Assembly (NCBI GenBank): GCA_002269645.1
Contig: NIVC01000589.1
Coordinates: 1 to 37,533 of the forward strand
DNA: 37,533 nucleotides
Direction: 5' to 3'
Origin: Macrostomum lignano
Lineage: Eukaryota
Shown here: in pieces, positions 1 through 12,356 of the stretch
Numbering within the stretch: the first letter of the stretch is position 1
Layout: each line of letters begins with the position of its first letter
Notes under the pieces: model-generated
What the model saw: only the letters and a program-made list of their open reading frames with translations
What the model was told of the DNA's origin: nothing
Database searches by the model: none
Translations under genes and position numbers: made by a program

Positions 1-3000
1 CACTGCATTGGAATCATATTTCTGTTGTCAATTTTTTGCCTCGGCGTGGCAGCAAAAGCGACAGCACCAGCATTGGCGGCGACACGGACATGAAAGCGCT
101 TTGATCATGCCGCAGTGGGCGGGCTGAACCCCAGGCTGTGCATCGCGGGTGGGTATTTGGGTTTTCAAATTAGCTATTTAATTTTGTCAGGCACCATGAG
201 TAGCAAATTTGATTTTTTCAGATCGCATAGGAAGCACTGAGAAGCACTGGGGTGTGGTCAACTCATTTTTTCAGGATTCAATAGGGTTAGCAGCACTTTA
301 AGCTGCGTTAGATGCACAAATTAATTCATAATTGGCTCGTTATTGTCTATGAGTCATGCAGTTAAGCTGTTTGAACCTGTTTGATTCTGGTTGCTCATAA
401 ATCATCGATCATTAAGAAAATAATCGTATAGTCTGTACGGTATATCGCTTTCTTCTCAGGGGACCTCAGGATCTGAAATGATAGGAAAATGCTGAGATAG
501 GCCGGGGTGGGTAAACCCTTCATAATTTAGGAGGGCAATAAAAAGCTACCTCCAGGGTAACCTCTATCTCTAGTTACTGCTTTCGCCCTGAGCTCAGGGG
601 CAAACGGCAAAGAGATACTCGTAGCAGCGGAGGATGACAGGGTCGGTTTAGTGACTGACTGACTCATCCGTTCTCGCCGCCTGCATTGACTTGCGGTGTG
701 CGCGGTGGGAAAGCAAGGAGCTGCTCAGAGCGGATATATGATTCCTGAACGCCAGGGTGGAGGTGACACTTTATGCCTTCTCCCTCAGGCCGCCAAACAA
801 TTATGACATCCTCTGGCCTGTGTGTGTGGCTGGAGTTTCTGGTTTGGAGATTCAGAGAATAAGGAAATTAACGCCTCGCATAAAGGAGCCGAGTTGCCGT
901 GTATTGCACTCGCTAGAAGACAACTGGCGCGCAGATGGGGTAATAAAAAGGATATCGTCTTGGTTCAGTGCGTTTAGATCAGGTCAGATCAGTTGATTGT
1001 TATTTCTGTATGAGTTATGAGTAGTGTAGCTGAGTTCACTTTCCTTTTTGATGATCAATGAATGGGTGAGCGGAATTGACTAACTTGAGTATGCGACCTT
1101 GTCTTACCTAAGTACGCGATCCTGTCTTTACTTGAGTAAGCGCCCTGTCTTTACTTGGTAAGCGAGCCTGTCTTTACTTGAGTAAGCGGCCCTGTTTTTA
1201 CTGGAGTAAGCGACCCTGTCTTTACTTGAGTAAGCGATCCTGTCTTTACTAGAGTAAGCGACCCTGTCTTTACTTGGGTAAGCGAGCCTGTCTTTACTTG
1301 AGTAAGCGGCCCTGTCTTTACTAGAGTAAGCGATCCTGTCTTTACTAGAGTAAGCGACCCTGTCTTTACTTGAGTAAGCGGCCCTGTCTTTACTAGAGTA
1401 AGCGATCCTGTCTTTACTAGAGTAAGCGATCCTGTCTTTACTAGAGTAAGCGAGCCTGTCTTTACTTGAGTAAGCGGCCCTGTCTTTACTAGAGTAAGCG
1501 ACCCTGTCTTTACTTGAGTAAGCGACCCTGTCTTTACTTGAGTAAGCGATTCTGTCTTTACTAGAGTAAGCGACCCTGTCTTTACTTGAGTAAGCGATTC
1601 TGTCTTTACTAGAGTAAGCGACCCTGTCTTTACTTGAGTAAGCGACCCTGTCTTTACTAGAGTAAGCGACCCTGTCTTTACTTGAGTAAGCGACCCTGTC
1701 TTTACTAGAGTAAGCGACCCTGTCTTTACTTGGGTAAGCGAGCCTGTCTTTACTTGAGTAAGCGGCCCTGTCTTTACTAGAGTAAGCGATCCTGTCTTTA
1801 CTAGAGTAAGCGAGCCTGTCTTTACTTGAGTAAGCGACCCTGTCTTTACTTGAGTAAGCGACCCTGTCTTTACTAGAGTAAGCGACCCTGTCTTTACTTG
1901 AGCATCCATGTCTTTGCTCGAATAAGCGACCCTGTCTTACCTAAGTATACGAAATTGACTTACTTGAGAATATCTTCACCGTCTTGAAGAGGTTAAAGTA
2001 AAAACGACTATGTCTCAGATCTTATCCCAGTGTCTGAATTTCAGCTCTGATGAAAAGCAATGCAGACTGCGTCATGGATATGAGATCAACGATGAGTTGA
2101 TGAGTTGCGACAGCTGGGTCAGAAACAGGAGTCACATGCTGACAGTGATATATGTATTATAGATCAGTTTCCATGCCAAGTCAGAAATACTTTAGCATCA
2201 AAGTGATCCAATCCAGGCAGATTTTGCCTAGCGACTGCAATCTCAAGCTGAGTTTATTTGCATCATAAATAATAATACAATACTGAATTATTCAGTAATT
2301 TCAACATAATACGCATCTGACAACTAATAGAAGCCTTGACTATCTAGAGATCCTTGATAGCCCATCTAGAGATCCTTGACAGCCCATCTAGAGACAATTG
2401 ACAGCCCATCTAGAGACAATTAACAGCCTATCTAGAGATCCTTGACAGCGCATTGAGAGACAATTGACAGTCCATCGAGAGATCCTTGACAGCCCATCTA
2501 GAGACAATTGACAGCCCATCTAGAGACAATGGACAGCCCATCTAGAGACAATGGACAGCCCATCTAGAGACAATGGACAGCCCATCTAGAGACAATTAAC
2601 AGCCTATCTAGAGATCCTAGACAGCCCATCTAGAGACAATTGACAGCCCATCTAGAGACAATGGACAGCCCATCTAGAGACAATGGACAGCCCATCTAGA
2701 GACAATTAACAGCCTATCTAGAGATCCTAGACAGCCCATCTAGAGAAAATTGACAGCCCATCTAGAGACAATGGACAGCCCATCTAGAGACAATTAACAG
2801 CCTATCTAGAGATCCTAGACAGCCCATCTATAGACCCTGAAAATCCATCTTAAGACCCCGATAAAAGATCTATAGGATCCTGACCATTAATCTAAAGACT
2901 ATCATCAGTATCCTAGCGATCCTGACACCGTATATTAAATCCAGAGCACTCATCTTACAATCAAAAAAAGCCTTGAGCCTTTGACAACAAAATACAATCA

Positions 3001-6000
3001 ATATTTTCCTTGGTTACAAGCAAAATCGATAAATACGAGTCAAGATCCTTCATTGAGAAAAATCAAATTGCAAAGTTTAATTCAATCAAAAGAGGAAATA
3101 TTAAATGCATTTTTTCCCTGTTCCACTCTCAAGTAGACTCTGATCCTCAACAGTGAAAATGGCAAATAAATGAACTTATATCGATTTGAAAGCAACTTTG
3201 ATCCCTAAGCTAAAGCTGCTTTGCAACGCCCGGCAATCCCCAGGAGAGATTCCCATGGAGACGGTGGGATCAGCCCAGGGTAGTGGACCGTGAAGGATTG
3301 AAAATACACACTGAATCTCTCCCACAGTGGGCTATGATTGCACTTTTTGTATACCAACTTTTCTAAAGTTTTCAATTCAATTCAGCTAGCTGAGGCAATT
3401 CTGCGCATTCCGCTATCATTGGCAAGCATCTTGTCCAAAGCAGCAACAAGCAGCCCACCGTGCTTAGATGTAAATCAAGACCCATAAATACAACATTCAG
3501 TTGGCTTTGCCAGCTGATTTGTCCGCTAGAGGGAAAATGTTCCCAGCATTTTTCACTCGCCAACACAAGCAAGCTATATCGCTTTTAATGTCGAGGATTG
3601 TAGAATATTTTTTTTGAAATCCCCTCACGTGACTCATCGCCTGCAGCCCCGACTCCGTGCTTCCCCAGCGCCAGACGGTTCTGAAAAAACTGCCACGCCA
3701 TGTTTTTTGTTGCTGCTTGGCTTTTTTGTCTTGGAAAGAGACGAGATGGAGAGGGGAGAGGAAGGGGAGAGGAGCATTGGAGGGATGACAAGACGCAGAT
3801 GGGAACAGGACGGGAGAATGTGTTTGCTGCATAGGCGGCGTCCTTTGTCAAAGCAACCAAGCTGCCTCTGCGTCTGCCACAGGGGAAAAATGATAGAAAT
3901 TTCTTGATGACTGTAGCTTTTACTTGAAGAGACTTAGTGGCTTCATGAATTTTCCCGTGTAGAATGATTTTCTAACTTTATTCAACGCAAAAAATTGTAA
4001 TGAATAGATTTATTTCGCGATCTAGAGATTCTTGACAGCCCATCTAGAGATCCTTAACAGCCCATCTAGAGACAGGCCTTATAGATACCCTTAACAGCCC
4101 ATCTAGAGACACTTGACGGCCCATCTAGAGACACTTGACGGCCCATCTAGAGACACTTGACGGCCCATCTAGAGACACTTGACGGCCCATCTAGAGATCC
4201 TTGATAGCCCGTCTAGACATCCCTGATAGCCCGTCTAGAGACAATTGAATTGACAGCCCATCAAAAGAGATCTTTGACAACTTATCTAATGACCCTTGAC
4301 AGCCCATCTAGAGATCCTAGACAGCCCGTCTAGAGACAGTTGACAACCAATCAGAGACCCTTGACAGCCCATATAGAGACGATTGACAGCCTATCTAGAG
4401 ACCCTTACCAGCTCATCTAGAGAAAGTAACAGAGGCACAAGAGTCAGTATTATAGAGGCGCCAAAGTCAGTATTATAGAGGCGCCGAAGTCAGTATTATC
4501 GAGGCGCCAAAGTCAGTATTATAGAGGCGCCAAAGTCAGTATTATAGAGGCGCCAAAGTCAGTATTATAGAGGCGCCAAAAGTCAGTATTATAGAGGCGC
4601 CAAAGTCAGTATTATAGAGGCGCCAAAGTCAGTATTATCGAGGCGCCAAAGTCAGTATTATAGAGGCGCCAAAGTCAGTATTATAGAGGCGCCAAAAGTC
4701 AGTATTATAGAGGCGCCAAAGTCAGTATTATCGAGGCGCCGAAGTCAGTATTATCGAGGCGCCAAAGTCAGTATTATCGAGGCGCCAAAGTCAGTATTAT
4801 CAAGGCGCCAAAGTCAGTATTATCGAGGCGCCAAAGTCAGTATTATCAAGGCGCCAAAGTCAGTATTATAGAGGTGCCAAAAGTCAGTATTATAGAGGCG
4901 CCAAAAGTCAGTATTATAGAGGCGCCAAAGTCAGTATTATAGAGGCGCCAAAAGTCAGTATTATAGAGGCGCCAAAGTCAGTATTATAGAGGCGCCAAAA
5001 GTCAGTATTATAGAGGCGCCAAAGTCAGTATTATAGAGGCGCCAAAGTCAGTACCAGAGGCGCCAAAGTCAGACATACAGCAATGAAATAAAACAGTGTA
5101 ATAGACAGTAAGCCATTGTAATCTGTAGATATTAAACTTAATTTGTAAACAAGGCTGCACAGGCATAACCATATGACCACACATCGAGATAAAACTGCAT
5201 TGGACTCCCACTAATTTTCCGGGTTTGTTTACACGAATTAGCTTTCAGCCTCCGGCTGGCCTCTTTGTGTAGCAATTATAAATATAGTTAAATATTACAG
5301 GTGATTTTGCATGGGACTGTTTTAGATTTTAAAAAGTTGTAGGACGATTTTTTAAACTTTCCGATGTTAAAAATGTTGCCTTATAAAAAAACCTGAAGCG
5401 CAATTTCGCTTTTTTCCATTTTTATGATTCACTGCGCTTGGTTTTTAGGTTTCGCAGAAAATGTTTTGCTTAGATTTCGATTTGAGAGAGAGGGAGGGGG
5501 AGAGAAAGATCAAGTCGGCGGTCAGTTTGCCTTGACTTCTAAAATTCGAACTGTTTATTTTATTTGCCGAGCGCCTAAGCGACTGGCAAGTCACGCTCCT
5601 TTGGTGGCAGGATGAACTGAAGCAGGAAAAATGCAGGACCTGCGCGTGCAGCTCTGTCTGGCCCCTGCAGACACCCGTGTCAAGCTCCGTGTGGACACGC
5701 TTCCAAAATAGATGCCATGGACATCTCCAACCCAAACCTGGAGTTTCAAGCACACCCCGAATTCGTTTTTTTTTAGCTGTCACCCGCCTGTCCCTTGGTG
5801 GGCGCCCCTGTCTCTTGGTGGCGCCCCTGTCTCTTGGTTAGCGCCCCTGTCTCTTGGTGGGCGCCCCTGTCTCTTGGTGGGCGCCCCTGTCTCTTGGTGG
5901 GTGCCCCTGTCTCTTGGTGGGCGCCCCTGTCTCTTGGTGGGCGTCCCTGTCTCTTGGTGGGTGCCCCTGTCTCTTGTTGGGCACCCCTGTCTCTTGTTGG

Positions 6001-9000
6001 GCGCCCGTCTGTTGGTGGGCACCTAGCTCTGTCCCTTGGTGGGTCGCCCCTGTTTTCGGTGGACGCCCCTGTCTCTTGTTGGGCGCCCCTGTCTTTTGGT
6101 GGGCGCCCCTGTCTTTTGGTGGGTGCCCCTGTCTGTTGGTGGGCGCCCCTGTCTCTCCTTGGGCACCTAGCTCTGTCCCTTAGTGGCGTCCCTCTCTGTT
6201 GTTGGGCGCTCCTATCCCCTGGTTGGCTTTGGATCTCCATGGCGAAGATCGACACACTTTCGGGATAAATTTCTGGTGCTTTCAACTTCGCCGCCTAGGG
6301 AAGGGACGGTCGGGGGGGATGACTGACTGTGTGGGAACGTGAGGGGACAGAGAGGCACACACTGCGAGTTGGACGAAATGGCAAAATGTAGAGGAAAAAA
6401 TCAAGCTTTTATCTATCCTAATGGTTTGGAAAACATCAGGGGGGAGCAGGCTTGGGGGACTGGGGCAACGCGCTGTGAGTCAACACCTACAGACGGTTCA
6501 TGCGCTGAAACTGTATGAATATGTGCGCCAAACTGCAAGTAAGGTAATTGGTACAGATTATAGATTAGAAATGTTTATTGTTCTTCTAATCTATAGTGTT
6601 AATAAATGGTTAAGAGTGGGCAAAGCAGCTCAGAGATAAACGTGTCTGACTGTTGCACCGCGACACCTGGTTCTACATTAATTTGTAGCTTAATTTGTGG
6701 AAATATGGCCAACCCTCAAGGCGCAGAGAGTGTAAAAACTTAACGATTAGAAAACGAATCAGCAATCTTGTGCCCGCCTTCGGGCGGCCACTAAGCCGGG
6801 GACGAAAATTATTGTATCCTGCCTTGACATCTTAGCAATTCCCCCGTAAGCCTTGACGTCTCAGCAATTCCCAAGCCTTGACATCTCAGCAATTCCCCCA
6901 GTAAGCCTTGACATCTCAGCAATTCCCCCAGTAAGCCTTGACATCTCAGCAATTCCCCCAGTAAGCCTTGGCATCTCAGCAATTCCCCCAGTAAGCCTTG
7001 ACATCTCAGCAATTCCCCCAGTAAGTCTTGACGTCTCATCAGTTCCCCCAAGCCTTTACATCCCATAAATTCCCCCAGTAAGCCTTTACATCCCAGAAAT
7101 TCCCCCAGTAAGCCTTGACATCTCAGCAATTCCCCCAGTAAGCCTTGACATCTCAGCAATTCCCCCAGTAAGCCTTGACATCTCAGCAATTCCCCCAGTA
7201 AGCCTTGGCATCTCAGCAATTCCCCAGTAAGCCTTGACGTCTCAGCAATTCCCCCAGTAAGCCTTGACATCTCAGCAATTCCCCCAGTAAGCCTTGACGT
7301 CTCAGCAATTCCCCCAGTAAGCCTTGACATCTCAGCAATTCCCCCAGTAAGCCTTGACGTCTCAGAAATTCCCCCAGTAAGCCTTGACGTCTCAGAAATT
7401 CCCCCAGTAAGCCTTGACGTCTCAGCAATTCCCCCAGTAAGCCTTGACATCTCAGCAATTCCCCCAGTAAGCCTTGACATCTCAGCAATTCCCCCAGTAA
7501 GCCTTGACGTCTCAGCAATTCCCCCAGTAAGCCTTGACATCTCAGCAATTCCCCCAGTAAGCCTTGACGTCTCAGCAATTCCCCCAGTAAGCCTTGACAT
7601 CTCAGCAATTCCCCCAGTAAGCCTTGACATCTCAGCAATTCTCCCAGTAAGCCTTGACGTCTCAGCAATTCCCCCAGTAAGCCTTGACATCTCAGCAATT
7701 CCCCCGGTAAGCCTTGACATCTCAGCAATTCCCCCAGTAAGCCTTGACATCTCAGCAATTCCCCCAGTAAGCCTGACATCTCAGCAATTCCCCCAGTAAG
7801 CCTTGACATCTCAGCAATTCCCCCAGTAAGCCTTGACATCTCAGCAATTCCCCCAGTAAGCCTTGACATCTTGAATTGCCTATGGACTGCTAATTAAAAA
7901 TCAAAATGGATGAAGGATTCGAGTGCATTGTTAATTTACGAGTATATTAGTTAACGTCGATAAATGACTAAAATCAACTAATTCTGTGCATTTTTATCAA
8001 GGTCTGTGCGCTCTCTCGGTAGTTCGTCAGCTGCTGCATTTGACTTCGCTGTCAGCAGACGGAGTGGAAGCCCCTTGCCTGGGCTGGAGGCGCCTTTCGA
8101 TTACTCAGTTGATCACTGGGTCAATTTTCATCGCTTTGCAGACGGTGTTTGCGGTTCTAAATGCTCAGGTGAGAGATTTGGAGGTTTGAAAATGGCTGTT
8201 TTATGTCAGGCACTAAATACTGCCAGGTTATTTCAGGACAAACCATTGTAAGCTATCTCGTAAGCTTTGAAGCATCATTGTAGAGCTAGTGCTTATCGCA
8301 AAACACTCTGGCACATGGGTTTATGGTTCGATGAGTTCAAGAATCCCTCATTGAAATTCTCAAATAAATCCTCTTTCTAGTTTTTCTTATTTTCTCTTCA
8401 CAACCGCTCCCATCCACTCTCATTACGTTCCATTCACTCTCACTGCCTCCCATTCACTCTCACTGCCTCCCATTCACTCTCACTGCCTCCCATTCACTCT
8501 CACTGCCTCCCATTCACTCTCACTGCCTCCCATTCACTCTCACTGCCTCCCATTCACTCTCACTGCCTCCCATTCACTCTCACTGCCTCCCATTCACTCT
8601 CACTGCCTCCCATTCACTCTCACTGCCTCCCATTCAGTCTCACTACCTCCCATTCACTCTCACTGCCTCCCATTCACTCTCACTGCCTCCCATTCACTCT
8701 CACTGCCTCCCATTCACTCTCACTGCCCCCCATTCACTCTCACTGCCCCTCATTCACTCTCACTGCCTCCCATTCACTCTCACTGCCTCCCATTCACTCT
8801 CACTGCCTCCCATTCACTCTCACAACCTCCCATTCACTCTCATGGCCTGCCATTTACTCTCACTTCCTCCCATTCACTTTCACTGTCTCCCATTCACTCT
8901 CAATGCCTCCCATTCACTCTCACAACCTCCCATTCAGTCTCACTACCTCCCATTCACTCTCACTGCCTCCCATTCACTCTCACAACCTCCCATTCACCCT

Positions 9001-10982
9001 CAATGCCTCCCATTCAGTCTCACAACCTCCCATTCACTCTCACAACCTCCCATTCAGTCTCACAACCTCCCATTCACTCTCACAACCTCCCATTCAGTCT
9101 CACTACCTCCCATTCACTCTCAATGCCTCCCATTCACTCTCACAACCTCCCATTCACCCTCAATGCCTCCCATTCAGTCTCACAACCTCCCATTCACTTT
9201 CACTGTCTCCCATTCACTCTCAATGCCTCCCATTCACTCTCACAACCTCCCATTCAGTCTCACTACCTCCCATTCACTCTCAATGCCTCCCATTCACTCT
9301 CACAACCTCCCATTCACCCTCAATGCCTCCCATTCAGTCTCACAACCTCCCATTCACTCTCACAACCTCCCATTCAGTCTCACAACCTCCCATTCACTCT
9401 CACAACCTCCCATTCAGTCTCACTACCTCCCATTCACTCTCATGGCCTGCCATTTACACTAAACCTCTCTATTTACTCCCAGTTCCTCTCAATCACTCTC
9501 ATCCTCTGCCACTCACGCAGTTCCCCATACGAGGCCTTGCCCAGCGCAGCGCCCTGACAGTGCACCTGGGCCTGGCGCACCTCATCTCGGCAAATCTCTG
9601 CTCGTGGCTGCGATTCTCAACCATCGACAACTGGCTTGTTGGAGCAGCCGCTTCTGCGAGTGCCAACGCAAGCAGAGTCGCTACTCACAGTAGTTTATCG
9701 GCTAACTGCTTGAAGCTGACTTTGTTAGACTCTGGCGGATCCGCGATGATTGCTGAGCCATATCTGATGCCCGCTGCTGTTGTCCACTGCCTATTAACTG
9801 TTTGTAAGTTTTTCTCAGGTACAGAACCCCCAAGGAACCTCCAAGGCACAGAGAGTGCAAATGCCTGACGATTAGAAAGTCAAAGGGCCGCTGTTGCACC
9901 CTGTGTGAGCGTGTGCATGAGTGCTTGTTGTGTATTGGCGCGCCTGTATGTATCTCAGGATCCTCGGGCCATGTCCCAAGCCTCAACTCTTGCTGTTATT
10001 TCGACAGTTCCTGTCTTTCAACACCTCAATCCCGCAGCAATTTTGCTCGCAGTTCGAAGCGGCACATTCCCCACCGTCTCCGTGGTTGCCCCTGGCAACC
10101 GTCTGCTGATGCTGCTGCAACGTCGTCAACGACTTCGCCAGTCCATCGGCGCCGGGGTCGAAGTCCGCGACAACCATGAGGACGATGTTGATGTCGATGT
10201 CGATGACGTCCATGGCGGCCGTCGCGGTAGCTGGCGGCTCTGGTTGGACTGCTCCGGCTCCAGACGCGGTCTGTTCCTCGGCCTGGCAGCGCTGGTGACC
10301 GCCTGCGCCTGCCTGCTGGCCGCCTGCGTCCTCGGCCAGACAGAGAGCCACTCCCGGGCTGGCAGCCTGCTGAGTCACAGCGCCGAGCTGGGCCTGCTGG
10401 GCTGCGGCCTGGCCGCCTCCCTGTGCGCATTTCCCCGCCTGGCCGACCTCATGTTCCTGGAGGCGGACGAGTCGACTGGGAGAGACGAGGCTCGCTTTGC
10501 CGACAGATGGGTGCAGGCGGTGGGGCTGTTCGGACTGTTCGCTCACAGCATCGTGCAGCTGCTGCAGCCACAGCAGCAGGACGCCAATTGGGAGACAGCG
10601 GCTACGGCGGTTGTGCAAATTGTTCAGGTAAGAGAGAGCCGACCCCTGACGATGAGTTTGCTCAGCATGTAGTCATGAAAGTAATGAATTTGCTTCAACC
10701 CAGGCCGCCTGTCAGACAACACTAATCTGCACTGCCGCTCGAATGCGCTCCTATAAGGCGTTGCATTTTCGGGACCGACCGGGCCGCGAACTCGTGACCT
10801 TCTTAGCCGTTTGCAACGCGGGACTGTTGGCTTTTGCCGTGGCACAACCTCTGCGAGGCTCAGATATTTCTAGTATAACTGCGGCAGGATCTGCGGCTTT
10901 GTGCCGACCACTAAGCAGCCTGTATCGGCTGCACAGTCTGCTGAGCCTGGCGTCTATCTGGAGGACCGCCTACTTGAAGTAG
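1..10982 (+). CDS. otop: Otopetrin-family proton channel, 5'-incomplete. Exons <1-148, 8002-8168, 9521-9803, ~10008/10038/10053-10627, 10704-10982
   Basis: Spliced product shows otopetrin motifs: IFIALQTVFAVLN, LGLAHLISANLCSWLR (cf. FGLMHxIxTNLCVW), LDCSGSRRGLFLGL (cf. VDCxxAxKGLFxG), RPGRELVTFLAVCN (cf. KPGRExVTFLLVxN) and C-terminal PLSSLYRLHSLLSLASIWRTAY (cf. PLxIFYRFHSxxCLxEIWKxAY). Junction phases 1/0/1/0 are compatible. The first exon (1-148) is less certain and contains an in-frame TGA at 91-93. Confidence 0.88.
1082..1965. repeat. 24-bp minisatellite (TTACTWGAGTAAGCGACCCTGTCT)
   Basis: About 35 tandem near-identical units; lies in the long otopetrin intron. Confidence 0.97.
2337..2870. 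repeat. 22-bp minisatellite (GACAGCCCATCTAGAGACAATT), copy 1
   Basis: TAGAG recurs at 22-bp spacing (e.g. 2521, 2543); ends are degenerate. Confidence 0.95.
4020..4420. repeat. 22-bp minisatellite, same family as 2337-2870, copy 2
   Basis: Units GACRGCCCATCTAGAGAC in the same orientation as the first array. Confidence 0.93.
4441..5075. repeat. 23/24-bp minisatellite (GAGGCGCCAAAGTCAGTATTATA)
   Basis: About 27 tandem units, directly abutting the previous array. Confidence 0.97.
5789..6215. repeat. 20-bp GC-rich minisatellite (GCGCCCCTGTCTCTTGGTGG)
   Basis: Exact 20-bp period visible; source of the overlapping spurious ORFs at 5712-6285. Confidence 0.96.
6711..6753 (+). repeat. Short dispersed repeat, copy A (truncated)
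   Basis: aaccctcaaggcgcagagagtgtaaaaacttaacgattagaaa aligns by eye to 9836-9878 and 34981-35020. Confidence 0.6.
6823..7871. repeat. 30-bp minisatellite (GCCTTGACRTCTCAGCAATTCCCCCAGTAA)
   Basis: About 35 tandem units with occasional 1-nt deletions. Confidence 0.97.
8400..9465. repeat. 20-bp minisatellite (CATTCACTCTCACTGCCTCC) filling most of an otopetrin intron
   Basis: About 50 units with internal variant blocks. Confidence 0.97.
9836..9950 (+). repeat. Short dispersed repeat, copy B
   Basis: aacctccaaggcacagagagtgcaaatgcctgacgattagaaagtcaaagggccgctgt followed by a TG-rich tail; similar to 34981-35090. Confidence 0.65.
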
Positions 10983-11042
10983 TCTAAAAGTATTTTTTTG
11001 GATTAAACTAACTGAAACTAAACAGTACAAAAATACAACCAG

Positions 11043-11540
11043 CCAATAACGAGCCCAACCCTCAATCAGAGCCAACCCCCAATCAGAGCCAACCCCCAAT
11101 CAGAGCCAACCCCCAATCAGAGCCAACCCCCAATCAGAGCCAACCCCCAATCAGAGCCAACCCCCCAATGAGAGCCTCCCCCTAATCAGAGCCAACCCCC
11201 AATCAGAGCCAACCCCCAATCAGAGCCAACCCCCAATGAGAGCCTCCCCCTAATCAGAGCCAACCCCCCAATCAGAGCCAACCCCCAAAGACAGCCAACC
11301 CTCAATGAGAGCCAACCCCCAATGAGAGCCAACCCCTAATCAGAGCCAACCCCCAATGAGAGCCAACCCCCAATCAGAGCCAACCCCAATGAGAGCCAAC
11401 CCCCAATCAGAGCCAATCCCCAATGAGAGCCAACCCCCAATGAGAGCCAACCCCCAATCAGAGCCAACCCCCAATCAGAGCCAACCCCCAATCAGAGCCA
11501 ACACCTAATCATAGCCAACCAACCCCCAGTCAAAGCCAAC
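11043..11540. repeat. 17-bp minisatellite (CAGAGCCAACCCCCAAT)
   Basis: About 28 units, starting roughly 60 bp after the otopetrin stop codon. Confidence 0.96.
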
Positions 11541-12356
11541 CTCGATCTCCAAACCTTAGAAAGTTTTCGTGATATCTGAACAGACTTTGTGAATGCTAGT
11601 ATTTGTGATTTGCTCGTATTTTACAATTGTATTCACTATCTATATAGGGAATAAATTTATTTACAAACACATTATCAGAGCTTTTGCATTGCTATTCGGT
11701 AAAATGAGCTTTGTTTGTTCGAATTTTCGGACACTGACTTCTTGGCCGGCTTCCCCGCTTTTGCTAACTAACTATATGCTTGCCACCTGTAATATCTTTC
11801 TAATTGACACTATTCAATACCTGAGCACAGCTTTGAGACCCCGTGTCTCGGAAACCTGAAGCTAAATGTAATTATCATGCAATTCGGCGCCCTTAAAAAG
11901 CCAATGGCTAATTCGATGAATTATCATGCTTATCACCCCCATTCTACTACTGATGTAATAAGTAGCCTTCCGAGCTTATTACGTAGATTTTTATTTAAAA
12001 TTTGCGCCTGCAGATATTAGGAAAAGAGATTCCTTTTTCAAAATGAGTTCATGTACTTTTAGGCAAACAGGAATTGACCTAATTATAATGCACAGGTAGT
12101 TGATTCTGTAAAATATTTTTTTCGCTTTATAGTCAATGTTTTTAAATTTGTATCGACCTACTAACTACTAAAACAAAAACGATTGATAAAATACGTACAA
12201 AATATATTACTAAATAAACAATTTACTCTATTTGTAATTTCTATGGGACAATAATTACATTCTGTACTGCTAGCCAGTCTTCATAACTACTGGCAACAAA
12301 GTTAGATACGAATTTTTAGTGATGTGTTAGTGATGGCTGTGTTAGTGATGAAATGG

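Noticed and set aside
3372-3907. Cluster of short ORFs in the unique segment between the 22-bp arrays
   Set aside because: No recognisable domain, and overlapping frames on both strands.
6774-6795. CCGCC-TTCG-GGCGG hairpin as a terminator or Helitron 3' end
   Set aside because: The stem is only 5 bp, there is no U-tract, CTRR spacing is atypical, and no matching 5' end was found.
5712-9460. Long ORFs such as SRLTGGIAE, WAPLSLGG and SHSLSQPPI repeats
   Set aside because: They are translations of minisatellites, open in several frames or strands and located inside otopetrin introns.
9983-10618. 211-aa antisense ORF
   Set aside because: It is the shadow of a GC-rich otopetrin exon with no recognisable motif. 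The same applies to 13704-14081, 27679-28305 and 28459-28908.
10983-11600. SECIS element to explain the otopetrin TGA as selenocysteine
   Set aside because: No AUGA/GA kink-turn stem-loop is visible; the region is AT-rich and then minisatellite.
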